64,000 nucleotides of DNA from Marsupella aquatica (taxonomy: Eukaryota; Plantae; Marchantiophyta), in NCBI GenBank assembly GCA_973895155.1, contig OZ316892.1, forward strand, positions 14,748,861-14,812,860, in the 5' to 3' direction. Below are positions 11,338 to 25,109 of the stretch, one piece after another (the first letter of the stretch is position 1; each line of letters begins with the position of its first letter). The notes beneath the pieces are model-generated. The model searched no databases. It was not told where the DNA came from and worked only from the letters and a program-made list of their open reading frames with translations. A program made the position numbers and the translations under genes.

Positions 11338-14300
11338 CTATTTGTGACGCAATTGCAAAACTTGCAACACGTCACGATGTCTAGAGAAACTTTCAAAAGG
11401 AACTACTTTGGTAAATGCGTCAGCTGGGTTGAGTTTATCGTCTATCTTGACTAGCTCAAATAAATTATCAGACACAGCCTGCCTGATAAAATGGTACCTA
11501 ACATCTATGTGCTTCACTCTACTGTCCATCACCTGGTTCACTGCAAGGTGGAGCCCACTCTGACTATCACAATGGAGCTTCACATTCCCCTGTGGTAATT
11601 CCATTTTAGTGATAAGTCTATCCAACCAAATTGCTTCCTTTGTTGCTTCCGCTGCTGCAACATACTCTGCTTCTGTAGTAGACTGAACAATATACTTTTG
11701 CAAAATAGACCTCCAACTTATGCATCCACCGCCAAGTGTGAACACGTACCCTGTTGTTGATCTCCTTTGGTCCAGATCTTGTCCATAGTCAGAATCTACA
11801 TAGTCAATCAATGATCTAGCATTCTTTGCATTTGCATCAAACAAAAGACCAGGATCCATGATACTCTTCAAGTACCTGATAATCCACTTCATTGCTTCCC
11901 AGTGTACCTTCTCTAGATTCGACATGTACCTGCTCACCTTGCCCATAGCCATGGCAAGATCAGGTCTAGTGCAAGTCATCAAATACATGAGACTTCCCAC
12001 TGCCTTATCATAAAGAACCTTTGACATCAACCCCTTCTTTGTCGCATCTGTGGGATAAAAAACTAATGACAAATTGAAGTGTGCAGCCAAAGGGGTACTT
12101 ATTGGCTTACTATCCCCCATGTTGAACCTAGCAATTACCTTCATCGCATAACTGCTCTGTGTCAACCATAGCTTACCAGCCTCCAAGTTCCTAGTGATCT
12201 TCATACCCAAAATCCTCTTAGCTGGCCCAAGGTCCTTCATCTTTAACTCTACATTGAGTAGTGCCTTAAGCTTAACAATCTCAGACCTATCCTTGGCCGC
12301 AATAAGCATGTCATCCACATCAAGTACTAAAACAATGAACCCAAAGATAACATTCTTCACCGGTTTCAAATATACACAAGGGTTAAACACACTCTTGTGA
12401 AAACCTTGTGACCAAATCCAATCGTCAAACCACTTGTTCCACTATCTTGGTGATTGCTTCAACCCATACAAGGATTTCAACAATCTGCACACCAATTCCT
12501 CCTGTCCTCTCTTCACAAAACCTAGCGGCTGTCTCATGAAGATCACCTCTTCCAAGGTGCTATAGAGGAAATCTGTGACAACATCCATCTGATCTAGCAA
12601 CAGACCAAACATTACAACAAGTACACACAATAGTCGTATTGTAGAATATTTAGCAACTGGTGAGAAGACCTCATTGTAATCCACACCTTTCTTTTGTGTG
12701 AATCCCTTGGCTACCAACCTAGCCTTGTAGACCTTCGATCCACCACCTGTTGAATTATCCTTCAACTTGTAAATTCACTTGTTGTCCACTACTTGTTGAC
12801 CCTTAGGCAGGTTAACAAGTTCCCAAGTTCTATTGTCCTTCAGTGACTGCATCTCTGTTTGCATTGCTGCAGTCCACTCATGCTTCTACTTTGAAGCACT
12901 TGCCTCATGAAATAAAGACGGCTCTCCTTCTTCCAAAATTAAATGCATCACCCTCATCATCAGTTGCAAAATTGTCCTCTTGCAATTGAGATGAATCAAC
13001 CCCTGTCCATACCTAGGAGGAGCGCGTACAGTGCGACCAGATGTCTAGTTGATGACTCCGATTGAATTGCGTTAGTGGTACAATTTGAAGCTCAACAACA
13101 TCCACTTGCTGCTCACTAGCATCAACAAACTTCTCTTGTTTCTCTGGCACAGGAACCAGCTCCATGCTTGGAGCACCTCCTTCTCTTCGATCATGCACTT
13201 CATGATCAATCTCCCCCTCAATGACATCCGGGATAAGAGATTTTCCTTTGTTAGTACGGGAGACCTGAGTATTCTCCCCCTCCTTCAATAATCTGGATTT
13301 ATTGAAGGAAACATCCCTACTGACAATGCGCTTATGGGCAATAGGATCACATAGCCTATAGGCCTTCACACCACTCTGATACCCAAGAAAAATACATTTC
13401 TTAGACGTAGGATCCAACTTGGTCCTATTCTACTTTGGTGTGAGAGCATATGCATCACTTTCAAAAACTACCAAGCCATGATAGTCTGTTTGCCGCTTAT
13501 AAAGCATTTCAAACGGTGTTTTGAAATTGATTACACTAGAAGGAGAAAGATTTACCAAATAAGGTGTAGTATTAACAGCTTCTGCCCAAAATTCCTGTGG
13601 TAAACTTGATTGGCTCAGCATACTCTGTGACCGCTCCAATAGTGTTTGATTGAACCTCTTAGCGACACCATTCTGCTACGGAGTATAAACTATGATGAGA
13701 TGACAAGTTATCCCTTGTTTTGCATAGTACTCTTCAAATTCTATTGAAGTGTACTCCCCGCCGTTGTTTGAACTCAGACTCTTCACCCTTGTATTCAAAC
13801 ATCTAACCGTGTTTCTCGTCTGATTCTCCACTTTGGCCTTCCACTTTGTAAAAATGGACAAGACATCAAACTTATGCGTCATGAAATAAATCCATACAAA
13901 TCTTGAGTAATCGTCAATAAATGATACATAGTATAACTTTCCAGAGTGTGAGAGAGTCAAGGATGGTCCCCACACGTCACTATGTATGTACTCAAGAACC
14001 ATTTTGGAACGATGAGTTCCAATATTGAAAGCACGACAATGCTGCTTTCCAAAAATGCACTACTCACAGAAATTCAATTTACAAGACTGCAAATAAGAAA
14101 TGAGCCCATTCTTTCGCAAGATAGCCAAACCTTTCTCACTCATGTGGCTTAGCCATGAATGCCACAGTTGAGTCATTTTCTCGTGAGACTTGGTTACATT
14201 GGCCTCTCCACATATAGTATTGCACTACAGCACATACAAATTCTTTTTCCTGCTACCCTTCAAAATCACTGTCTCTTCCGACACGACTTGAAGTTCACCA

Positions 14301-15445
14301 TCAATTACTCGCCATTGATGACCATTTATATCCAACATACCAAGTGAAATCAAATTCTTACGCATGCTAGGTACAAACCTGACTCCGGACACTGTGCGCA
14401 CAATGTCATCAAACATTTAAATCTTTACAGACCCAATACCCTCAACAGGAGTGATCATTTCCCATCAAGATTGAACCTTTTGACACACAATAAGAATTAA
14501 AATATTCACAAATGTAACAAATGTGAAAGGAACAACCACAACCAAGAATCCACACATCGTTTGCTCTCCTAGATGAGGTGCACAGGGCATACTCTTGGCT
14601 TCATAAACATACTCATCATTGAGTAAATCAACTTCTCCATCAACACTAGCCACATTGGTTGATGAAGATTCAACTGCCTTACCCTTAAAATCCCTCTTAA
14701 CGTGACCAACCTTGTAACATTTCCAATAGACTACTAGCTTTCTCTCATGGGACTTCCCCCTTGAAGCAAATCTTGTCCTAGATTTACTTCGTCCCTTGTC
14801 ATTCATGCGCTGCTCGGGACACCGTTGTGACCTCCCACAATTCACATTCAAGGCAACACTAGATGACGATGTTGTCTGGGCTTGACCCAGTTTCTTCTGT
14901 GCATCATCTGATAGCAAAGAGCTTACCACCTTATTGTATGAAATACACTTCAAACCCTGATAAGATGGGGATAAGGAGCTAAGAAGAAGCAAGGCCTTAT
15001 CCTCTTCTTCAATGCCGTTACCAAGATTAGACAAATCAACAGCTAGGCTGTCAAATTCATCCAAGTGATCTTGAAGCTTGTTCCTCTCTTTTAGTCTAAG
15101 GCTCATCAAGAGAGACTTCTTGTACAATCGATCTGATACATCCTCCCGATAGTACTTCTTTCTTAGGGCTTTGAACATAGATGCACAATCCGCATAGTCA
15201 TCCAACTTCTTAATGATATGTGGCTTCAGATAAAGCATCACCGCATTCATTGCAATCACTTGTTCTTGCCTCCACCTCTTTAATGGAATCTCTTCTTCAC
15301 CGTCGTACATCTCTCGCGTAGAGAGAAAATGATCTAGGCCCATAGCACAAAGAACTCATTTCACTTGCTTCTCCCAAAGCAAGTAGTCCGTACACCCATC
15401 ATACTTTTCCACCTCAAACTTGACACCTCCAAACCGGGATGCCAT
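11338..15445 (-). pseudogene. Disrupted gag-pol polyprotein of the Tork-like element
   Basis: Fragments include gag, a decayed zinc knuckle (WKCYKVGHVKRDF), integrase (LEYIHSDVWGP, YYVSFIDDYSR, NGGEY), RT (YKARLVAKGFTQ, KSLYGLKQSPR, DVDDML) and RNase H (YVDSDY, STTEAEY, KHIDVRYHF). They are split by several stops and frameshifts. Confidence 0.93.
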
Positions 15446-16285
15446 CTCTGTTTCCTTCACAACCCCCTCTACTCGTTGCACCGGTGATCATACCAGTGTC
15501 ACGTGCGCTTCCTCCTGCTCCTCTCTCTCCACCTCAAACTGTCATGGTGATCTTCGTGCTTCAAGCTCCATGTCATGTAACGTTTGGATTACGGTGAGGA
15601 ATCAAAAGTCAATGTTGGTGGGTTGGAGTGATTTGCACACCCGAACCATGAGCAGGTCGATCAGTGGCAAAAATTAAGAACTCCTCCTTCCACGGGCAAA
15701 AACGTCAATCTTGGACTCAAAACGATTGTCACGCTGCGATCTCTCTATTCAGTCCAAGCACTTCACGTTTCTCCCTCCGAGTTGAGCGCAATGACGAGAA
15801 ACTTCTCTCAGGAACAATAAGACTCCATAACCGGTTAAAAAATCAGAACGCTTCTTTTGCTCGTCCCGTTGCACACGGAACTCACTTGGTAACAAATTAG
15901 CTACCAAAACGACCAGCTCATCCTGATCTACAAGCAGAGCTAAAGTATGCAATGTCTCCTTTGCCATAGAGCTCACACTGTCAAGAAAACAAACTCTGGT
16001 CCCTCCTCCAAAAACCTGTTGAACATGAATGTTGCCAACTTTCTTCACAAAATCCAGAACGACAAAAACTTAGATCTCTTCGCACCACAAACTCCGTTTA
16101 GCAATTTCTTTGCACCGTTAGAAAGCCCTTGCCCTGATCTATCCGCTGAGCCCATAAACTCCAAGCGGGACTCCAAGTTCCATGCGACGGAACTCTAGAA
16201 AATCCATCGACACTCAATATTGGAAAAACCGTCACGCAATCCCATCATGAACAATGTCACCTCCCAGGCATGCTCTGATACCAAT

Positions 16286-16628
16286 TGTTGAGCATAGACG
16301 ATAATCGCAACGGTAAACACATGACACATCTAATGCGCAAGTAGTCGACACAAGAGATACGTGGTTCACCTCCTCAAGGCTACGTCCACGGGAACACACA
16401 AGAGAGCTTTATTGAACTCTAAGCCCGTCGGCTATACCAAGTCTCCACAGTGTAAGCTCTCCTCATATCTTAAGTGATCCCATAACAACGAGCCTAAGTT
16501 CCATTTATCCAAGCAAACATCGCTTGGCATATAGTGTGCATCCTAGTTAACCTAACCATGTCTTTGACTACGGTTAGTCTAACTACGGTTACATGTTGTA
16601 ACCCTAGACCTTGAGTAAATACCTAACA
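16286..16628 (-). repeat. 5' LTR of the Tork-like element (343 bp)
   Basis: Abuts the PBS and matches 10808-11146. Confidence 0.95.
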
Positions 16629-17709
16629 TGCTATTGGTTACAAGCACTGCTTGCCCCAAACAAGAACCTCACAACCCACCAAGAAAGTGGTGCATTAGTG
16701 CACCTCACCAAACTGGTTTTTGTCATGCAGGGTTCCCACCAAGCTAAATTCTCAATCGTCTAGATAAAGAACATTGCATTTTACGAACATAAATTATAGA
16801 GATATTTACTTGGTGGACCCCAAACCAAAGTTGTCTCCCCAACCAACCCCATGAGGTTTTGAGAACCTTGATTTAAGGTCTATCACTGGTCTAGATCACC
16901 CATGGGGCCCACCAGTTATCACTTAGATTCGACACTGCTATATGGTGAATCCAATTTTCATATTTTGTCTTATTCGGATTTTGTGTCCAGTATTTTAATT
17001 TTAATGTGCCTTAACAAGGTGAATCATTTGTATTAATTGAATTTTGAATTAACTTGTGGACCCCTTTTAATTTTAGTTAACTTTACTGCATTTGAAATTT
17101 ATTTTGGCTCCCCTCACAAATGTTTTATATTTCATTTCCAATCACTCCTTAGGGAATTCTATCTCTTCTCATGAGAGTTAGAGAAATGATTTTGAACAAT
17201 GTGCACAGTATACTAAGTTTCACTCATGATTTCATTTGCAAAATTTATAGTTTGAAAAATTTATAGTTTAAATTGAGTTAGACTCTAATTACCTCGAAAC
17301 AAGTGAAAACATGTACCTTATTGCACAACTCTGCACAACTCTTCAGTACCTTTCTACTTTCCTGATCATTAATATGTGTTTTTTTTAATGTATGCTTATG
17401 ATTTTGTGTATTATCTCACTCACTCAGTCACAATAAAATTAACACATATTATTTTCCTGGGACGTACTTTACATCTACTCTCTTCTTTTATCATAAATAA
17501 ATGAAATAAATTACATATCACTGCAAAACAAAAAGAGAAACATGGTCCAAGATGAACATGCTATATTGGGGGTCCAACAAGTAAATCTTGGCACAGAATA
17601 AATATGTATTTAGAATTTTTTTCTCCCTTTTTTTCTCCTTTGTTTGGGTCTCTTGCCTTTGGGATCTGACTCACTCTTGCGCACTTTTTGTTCTTTGGCA
17701 AGTGCCTTA

Positions 17710-17840
17710 AAGTGTGATTACTATCAATTATGTTCTTGTATGTATGGTTGATACAAAAGTGTGAGTATTACCAGCTATGTTCTTGTATCAGTGGTTGATA
17801 CAAAGTGTGATTACTCTCAATTACGTTCTTGTATGAATGG
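17710..17840. repeat. Three ~46-bp tandem repeats upstream of the zinc-ribbon gene
   Basis: AAGTGTGA..TTAC....A..TATGTTCTTGTAT...TGGTTGATACA repeated three times, the last copy partial. Confidence 0.75.
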
Positions 17841-18176
17841 GGCCCTAAACCCTAGTATCTACAGTGTATTTTCCACTTTGAGCACCCGAGGGCCCTAAAC
17901 CCCTTTGATTTGTGCAGAGTACAGAAGTATAGTTTCATTCACTGTCAGCTCCAAACGTGGATTTGGTCGAAAGGAGGGTCGAGAGCTTTCAAGCTGCAGC
18001 GATCGACTCTTCATTTTGCATGGATCGATGCCAAGAGTTCCTGTAGGTGCTGACGGGCGGAGGGGCATGTCAACGAACCTTTTCTGAGGGCAGACGGCGC
18101 TCTGCAGCTCGAATTGGAGCGGAATTGAACACGACTTGATTTCATTTGGGGGCTTGCTGTCTGCCTAGCAAGAGCC

Positions 18177-19780
18177 ATGGCGTGTTTTGCCTCCGCTTTG
18201 GCGATTTCTCACTGCGGATGGGTGCATGGACGGGAGCAGCAACAAGTGGCAAACGGGTTTCGAGGAGGAAGTTTTGAAGAACGGATGGCGGTCTCAACAA
18301 ATTGTCGTGCTTGGGGAAATAGTAGGCTTGTCAGTTTAAGGAACCTCGGACTTGAATTTAGCTTAAGTAGTAGACATTCTGGCTTCGGAGCAGATTTCAT
18401 CACAGTTCCGTCGCCGCAGCATGTAGTCGGGAGAGTCGCTGCCATCAGTAGACTGGATGATGAGTTCCGAGAAGAGGCAGACGGCCATGGTGGTGTCGGC
18501 GGTGAGACGTCTCCCTTTGAAGCTCAGGACACTAGTAAGGTATGGAATCTTGTCAGAATTTTTAATTTTCTATGACGTGAGAGTGCTCTGATAGATAGAC
18601 TGAAGCACTCGAATTTCGGACTGGCTTTCTTGGACTTACGACTACTCGAATCGAGAGAATCTCTTCACAGTTCTGTCAACTGTGACGGACTGGACCACTC
18701 TTGACCTTTATAAAGAGTTTGTACGCTCGAAAAATTCGCTAGAAAGGCTAGTTACCGGTAAATAAATGGCCCTTGACCCCAGATCCCCAGAGAGCGCGCA
18801 CAATCCTAATTTAAACCATGATCAACACCCCGTGACCAGTAGGTGGTTCCTAAATGACCAATCTACCAATTGATTTTTAATGACATTTTTGTCAGGGAAT
18901 GGTTCCCTTTATCACTTTCACAGTGAATTGGATGGCTTCATGTGCACCAGGATGTTCAAGTAGATCTGCAACTTCCAAGGCGAAAGCTTTTAGTGGAATT
19001 CACCTGCAATGTTTGCCAGACAAGAACTCAACGGCTTATTAACCCTGAGGCGTACAAACGTGGCACGGTTTATGTCCAGGTAAGACTTTCTCCCCGTTGC
19101 TGTGAATTGCAGAAAATCATCACAATTGCAGAGAAATGAGAAAGGGGTGGCCTCGGTGCATTCAAGTACTTTTTTGAGCTAATCATTTTGTTGTCAAGGA
19201 TATGAGGCATGTAGTAAAACTGCGAGGAACCAGTGTAATACAAAATTCATATCCGCACAGCTCTACCTGATCTTCTTTCCTGTTGTCCCAAGCCCATGGT
19301 TTTTTGCCTTCGATACTACGGTAAACACCTTAAAAGTGAGGGCAGTCAGCATAGCTCTCCTTCCTGCCAATAGGATTTGCCTAAAGGTTGTGTTTCCGCA
19401 AGTTTTTTTGGTCTGCTGCTGTTGACCTCCAAACCTGCAACCTTTCTTCCCCACCCTATAGAAATCCCTTAAGTTGATACCTTCAGTCGCGTGAGATTCC
19501 CCCGTGGGGCTATGCAGTGTCTCCGCTAAATTTATTGTGGGGGCATTGCGTCGTTGTTTTTCTGGTCCTTCAACAAAGGGGAGACTGAAAAATTCGTAAG
19601 AAGGTGACCTGTTGGCTGTTCTGACAGTCATCTTGGTGAGCGTGACTGTTACAACTTGTCTTGTGGGTTTCTTGGTGGGTGCAGTGTGGAGGGTGTGAGG
19701 CCTACCACCAACTTGTGGATAACTTGGGTTTAGTTGTGGAATACGATTTCCGAAAGGAGACTGATTCAAACTCCTCATAG
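18177..19780 (+). CDS. Plastid-targeted DNL-type zinc finger (Zim17/Hep1-like zinc-ribbon) protein, 195 aa
   Basis: Exons 18177-18539, 18951-19079 and 19685-19780 (GT-AG) give LPRRKLLVEFTCNVCQTRTQRLINPEAYKRGTVYVQ-CGGCEAYHQLVDNLG, with two CxxC motifs plus the H..VDNL signature. The N-terminus resembles a transit peptide. Confidence 0.92.
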
Positions 19781-22292
19781 CCTCTCGATCATTTGACACG
19801 TACCACACTGCTGCAGGAGCAGAATGATCACATTGAGGATTCTGACTCAAAATTTTAAATCTCAAAGACTCAAATTTCGCAATACTCGCTTGTTTTCAGT
19901 GGAGCCAGTTTTCATCCTCAATGCACATGGGAATCAGCTTTTTGTATTTCGTCTCGATTGTTTCAGCCCCAACCTATTTCTTACACTATCATGGTGTCTC
20001 TACACAATGTATCTACAGTCGAAACTGCATCAATGTTTTTTCTGGTATTTTTTTGCAGGAAACCTTCTTCTTTAAGGAAATAGGTCGAAGACTGGCCTCA
20101 CTTTTTACTGCTCAATCACTCCTGGAGTATGTACCTGGGTTGGATCGTTTAGGTGACCCTTCTCTATGAAGCAGACTTTCATCTGCCTCACAGGTGATTG
20201 AAAGCCTTTGCCTGGTGTGAAGACTCTCATTTCCAGATCGAGTTATTGAAGGTTTGGAAGAGTGTATGTTTTTATACAGCAAATGGTGCGAGGAACTGCC
20301 TCTGTCATTAGCTGTTCAAAATCCCCCATCTGTCTCTGACTAGTTGTCGCCCCAATTCTTATGGGGGATTTTGAATCAGCGGACGCTTAGAGTAAGTAAA
20401 GATACCAACAAGGTATTTACACCGTCGACGTTATTGAGAGCAATAGGCATAACCAACTTCAACATTGATGCTAATCATTGTCAAGGGGCTTGACATTAAC
20501 GGGGACCAATCTGGGACAGTTACAGAGTACATTTTCATGTTCGAAATGTGCGCGAAAGACTCCGTTCTCTAGGCGGCTGAGTAGGGATTTCAAGAAATGG
20601 GGTGAACTGGTTTTTGGGGAGGGGAACACGTCACACTTGTGGCAAAATTACAAAGGGGTAACATGTAGGTACAGCGTTGAGGCCTGGATTTCTGACGTGG
20701 CAATATCAAAATTGGTTCCATGCTAGACAACACCAGGATGCCATAATTATGTAAACCTGGACAAAATTAGGGATTTGTGAACTCTAGGGGGGAGTAGTAC
20801 GGACAAAACTACTCTTCGGGCCGAAACTCCAGTTACTGCAAAGTCTCCTTAAAAAATGAGAAATCCGAAAAAATCATAGTGACATGTGTTCCGGCCAGTG
20901 CAGCCCTGGGAGGTAACATGAGCCTAATACAGCCCTCCTGTGTGTGTTCAGTAGGACAGAAGACAAGACTGGTTTTGTGAGCCCCAAAACAGCCCTCCCA
21001 TGGGCATTCAGCAGAACCTCCCTAACACCAAAAATAAGTGCAACTACTCTCATCCCGTGTAGTGCCACCTCACCCAGTCGACCAAACAGCATTTCACCTT
21101 CACTTTTAGACCACTTGCCCCTCATGCTCAAAATTACAGAAAGCTCACCCCTAGTAGGTAAGGGTCCTAAAAGAAACTATGCGCATTTCACCTTCACTTT
21201 TAGACCGAAATCACCCGTCATGCCTGACTTTACAGAAAAGTCTGTTCGCAAAGAATTTTGTGAAGTTCATACCATGTCTATAGCTGCTCAGCGATACGAT
21301 GCCTCAACTGTGAATATCCGACTTTAGTTGATCGTCCTGTAGGTAAATATGGATTTGGGTTATGAGATTGTCAGGACCTTTGAATAGCTTAGAATCTGTT
21401 TTGCGATATCGCTTAGACAAAGATTCACACAGGTAGTGTCGGCAACAATCCTTCAACAGATTGCAGACTTCCATGGAAAGACCCAGCCAGTGTTCGCTAT
21501 GGAGGACTCACCCTTGATTTGTGGATGAATTGGTGCCAGTTTCCCGCTTCTGCAAAACTCTATGAACTTCCTATCTTTGCGGAACTAGTCAAACCAAGAA
21601 AGTTTTGAACTTGTACATGATGAGGTTACGATGGATAAGTGAGCAATACTTTCTAATCTCGTCCGATATGACACATTAACATAGATCATGATTGAAGAAT
21701 TTCAGCGAACCTGGGCCACATCTATAAGTCCGTGTTCGACATTTACCACCTTAAGACTTCCTGTTTCATGTACTCTACTTCTTCCTTCGCTGCATGGAGT
21801 TGATTCCACTAACACAAATTCCGAACTTAGCAGATTCATCGATGTTCCAATACTTAAGCCTCCCAAACAGTGTAGTTCATCTGTGCATCATTTGAAGTAC
21901 CCTTAAGTTGGGTAGATCTGTACATTGCTTTCCCCTGGACAGGTGCTTTCTTAGACTCTAGAGATTTACCATTTCCCAGATATTACATAGAAAACTTCAG
22001 TGTCCGCTCTTCAGCCCCACCGGTAGTAAATCATGACAACATCATGAACATTGCTTGTCAGACCATGATGGAACGTTTTGAAACGATATCAAGAAACTGC
22101 CCACAGGAACCACAATTGATGTGACCGATTGTCACTGCCAGTACTGAACAAAACATTGTGCAGTAATATTGTGGAGCACGATGAGATATGACAAAATGTG
22201 CCCATAGGACCATACGAGGAACATAACCAACACTACAATAGGTGTCAATGAATGGGTAAAATTCCCCCGCATTAGAACAGTCAAAATTTTCT

Positions 22293-23776
22293 CTACTTCT
22301 TCTCATCTTTTTCTGCCTCTGCTGCTTTCTTCTTCCTGACGCCAACCAACTTCGCATTCGTTCTTTCCATGCGAAGCCTGGAGTACGCCTTAGCACTCTT
22401 TAACTCATCCGTTATGTAAACCAGCTCAATAACTGGCTTAGTCCGTTGAATAGGAAGAACGGGTCCTTGTACTTGCGTAGCTGAAGCCAACTCCTCGGCC
22501 GTAGAATCTCCAGCCTGAAGAAGACAATCGTGATGGGCGAAAAATCATTCATTGCATCCAAATATCATTGAAAGTGAACACTAGGTAGGCAGACTGCACA
22601 TAGCTACGGTAAGCTTGACGGCGAAATCCAACTGCTAATACGACCTTGTTGCAAGTGTAATCGGTCATAGTGAGCTGAGTAAGAAGAAATTTCAACAGAA
22701 CGTTTTCGAGTGATTCATGCATTCTTAAGAATTTCCAATGCTCGTTCTCAAGTCTCTCACGAGACAGTTGATTAACAATATCCATCAAGTGTCTTCATCA
22801 TATTATACACTACCAAGACATGCAACCTAATGCACTGACTTCCTTCATCGGCTAACTTCGCACAGACTAACTTAAACTGCACAATTCATCCATGAAATAA
22901 ACAGTTACAAAAAGGTCAACAACAAATGGTGCTGAGACCTACCTTGACCTTGCGAGACCTCCGTGGGAAGATGATCAACTTCGCCTTGTAAGTGTTCAGT
23001 CTAGCAACATTTTCTTGCAAGCTCTCGAGACTCTTGTTCTTCCTCCGGTGGTCTACAGCGATTCCCACAGTCGGAGCAAGCTTCTTGGAAATGCCTGCGG
23101 CCTGTCATAGTTGCAAATGTGCTATCCCATAAGAATCTCCGAAGTCAATATGTACATATGGGGACCAAATCTTTGTCTGAATTGAGTTCGAAATCGGAGA
23201 TCATAAACCAAGTACCTCACAGGCCTGTACTGAACTCCACACACATACACAGCTTCAAATAGATCTTAAATCCTATCAATCAGGCAATAATTAAGGACAA
23301 ACAACCAGCCTCAAAAGGATTTCAAGCGGCCTTGCCTTCAACTCCTCCAGGGTGAAGCCACGACCTGCGCGGATCTTACTGTTGTACTTCTGAGTCTGAG
23401 ACCGAACAACTGGGCGGAGAGGTCCAGCAGTGGGACGAGGGAAAATCGCCACAGCCTTCTTCTGACGCACTGCACAGCGTGGAAGCAAAAAAACTCAACC
23501 CTGAGATTTACAGCTCACTAACATATCGACCATCGGCAGCAAACTTGCAAATGGACATCAAAATTACGGGAACACGGAGGGCCAAAAAAACCGTGCATCC
23601 GCATCGACCGAAGAGAGCGAGACGCAGAAACTCACAGACATAAACACGGTAGACCGAAGCAACGTACCGGTTCTTCTTCTTTTCTTGCGGGCGGGTTGGT
23701 TGAACCAGGTGCGCACATAATTCTGCCAGTCCTTCTTGAAATGCCCGTTGGGCACGACATTGTTGTGCTTCACCAT
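22293..23776 (-). CDS. RPL13: 60S ribosomal protein L13 (eL13), 207 aa
   Basis: Exons 23668-23776, 23336-23469, 22943-23101 and 22293-22514 total 624 nt and encode [18 protein letters not shown]...[32 protein letters not shown]. Intron 2 has a GC donor. Confidence 0.98.
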
Positions 23777-25109
23777 CGCGGCCCCTTCAAGAGTTGGCCC
23801 TGCTCCTTCTAGGCGAAATCAGGATGGCGAGAACTTTCTTCCTCAGCGAGCTGAACCGAGCTGAGCAGAGCAGAGCAACGAGCTCGAAGCCAACGAGAGG
23901 AGAGTGTGCAAAACCCTCAACAGCCAACAGTTAGGGCAAGCTCGCTCTCTCGCTAGGTCGAACGAGCTATTCGAACGAGAGAATCTGACGGTCCAGATTA
24001 ACGGAAACTGAACCCATGATGGACCACACTGTTAAACAAAGTGCTCCCGTGTACCACATTTTGGTGATCCATGGGAGTTTGAGGCCCATAACTTGATATT
24101 GATGAGTCCTAAAATAGGTTTTAGCTTTGGATCTGCAAGACAACCAAACAAGGAGAACACCCAGAAAAAGACACGAGCGGAAATTTCTTATTAACACAAT
24201 GAAAATTTATTGAATGGAATGTACCCCTCCTCGTTTTATGATGAAACTCCAACCAGACTGGCCAAAAATTCACTATCACTTTTATGGAAGTGTAACTTAC
24301 CTATTCCTATAGCACATCCCTAAAACTGAAAAATATTTGAATTTATGCATATAAAGCTATCAAATTTAAGCTCAACTTTTGGAAATGTAGTCCAATTGGG
24401 GTTTCAAAGACTAACCTTGTGGTTCAAGAGGGCTAGAATTTAGATTAACAGTACTACATTGCTATTTTTCTCCCCAATATAATGAGAGTATCCCAGAAAA
24501 AAGCTCCACTACCATCAAATGTGATCCATGAGGACTGGGTGGAGTCAGGGTGTCAAACTTAAGAGAGAAACTGACCGATGTATACTCCAAACCCAACGTG
24601 TCAATTAACCTGGACACACTTTTTAGTTCGCAAGTGTCATATTATTGAACCTGCTATATCTTGAAATTGAAGAGAGTATGAGGGTCAGTATTAATGGTGT
24701 TGCATTGCCAACTTTTCCTGGGAAATTACTTGTCCTGAATATTAAAAAAAATCTCACACAACATCCAATGTTGGCCAGGAGGATTTGGATGGAATCAGGG
24801 TATAAAATATAAGAGAATAAATGACCAAGGTGGTAAGCACTATCTCCCAACCTAAGGAGACCTGTCAGTTGCAACCTAAAAGTTTTAACCTTAATGTGTG
24901 TCTAGGTTATAAAGTTGCAACCTATCATATAAGCTTTCAGAGATCTATCACTTTGACGCTCCTGCCTATCACAAAAATGTTTCTTACTAGAGATACTCAT
25001 TTTGGCTACTCTACCTCGAACAAAAATGACTCCAAATCCTTGTCATTTCAATTCCAAGACCAGGGCATTTTAATTCATTGTTACTACTAATATTATAGTA
25101 ATCCATAAT

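Larger units (their letters stand above)
10808..16628 (-). mobile_element. Full-length, degenerate Ty1/copia LTR retrotransposon (Tork/Tnt1-like)
   Basis: TG...CA LTRs at 10808-11146 and 16286-16628. PBS TGGTATCAGAGC (tRNA-iMet; + strand GCTCTGATACCA at 16272-16283). PPT AAGGGGGAGAT next to the 3' LTR. TSD TGCTG/TGCTA. Domain order is gag-PR-INT-RT-RH, and gag begins MASRFGGVKFEVEKYDG. Confidence 0.96.

Noticed and set aside
19263-19865. 200-aa minus-strand ORF
   Set aside because: Antisense to intron 2 and exon 3 of the zinc-ribbon gene; no recognisable motif.
22515-22942. Possible intronic C/D snoRNA in RPL13 (ATGATGA near 22800)
   Set aside because: No properly spaced CTGA box D or terminal stem found.
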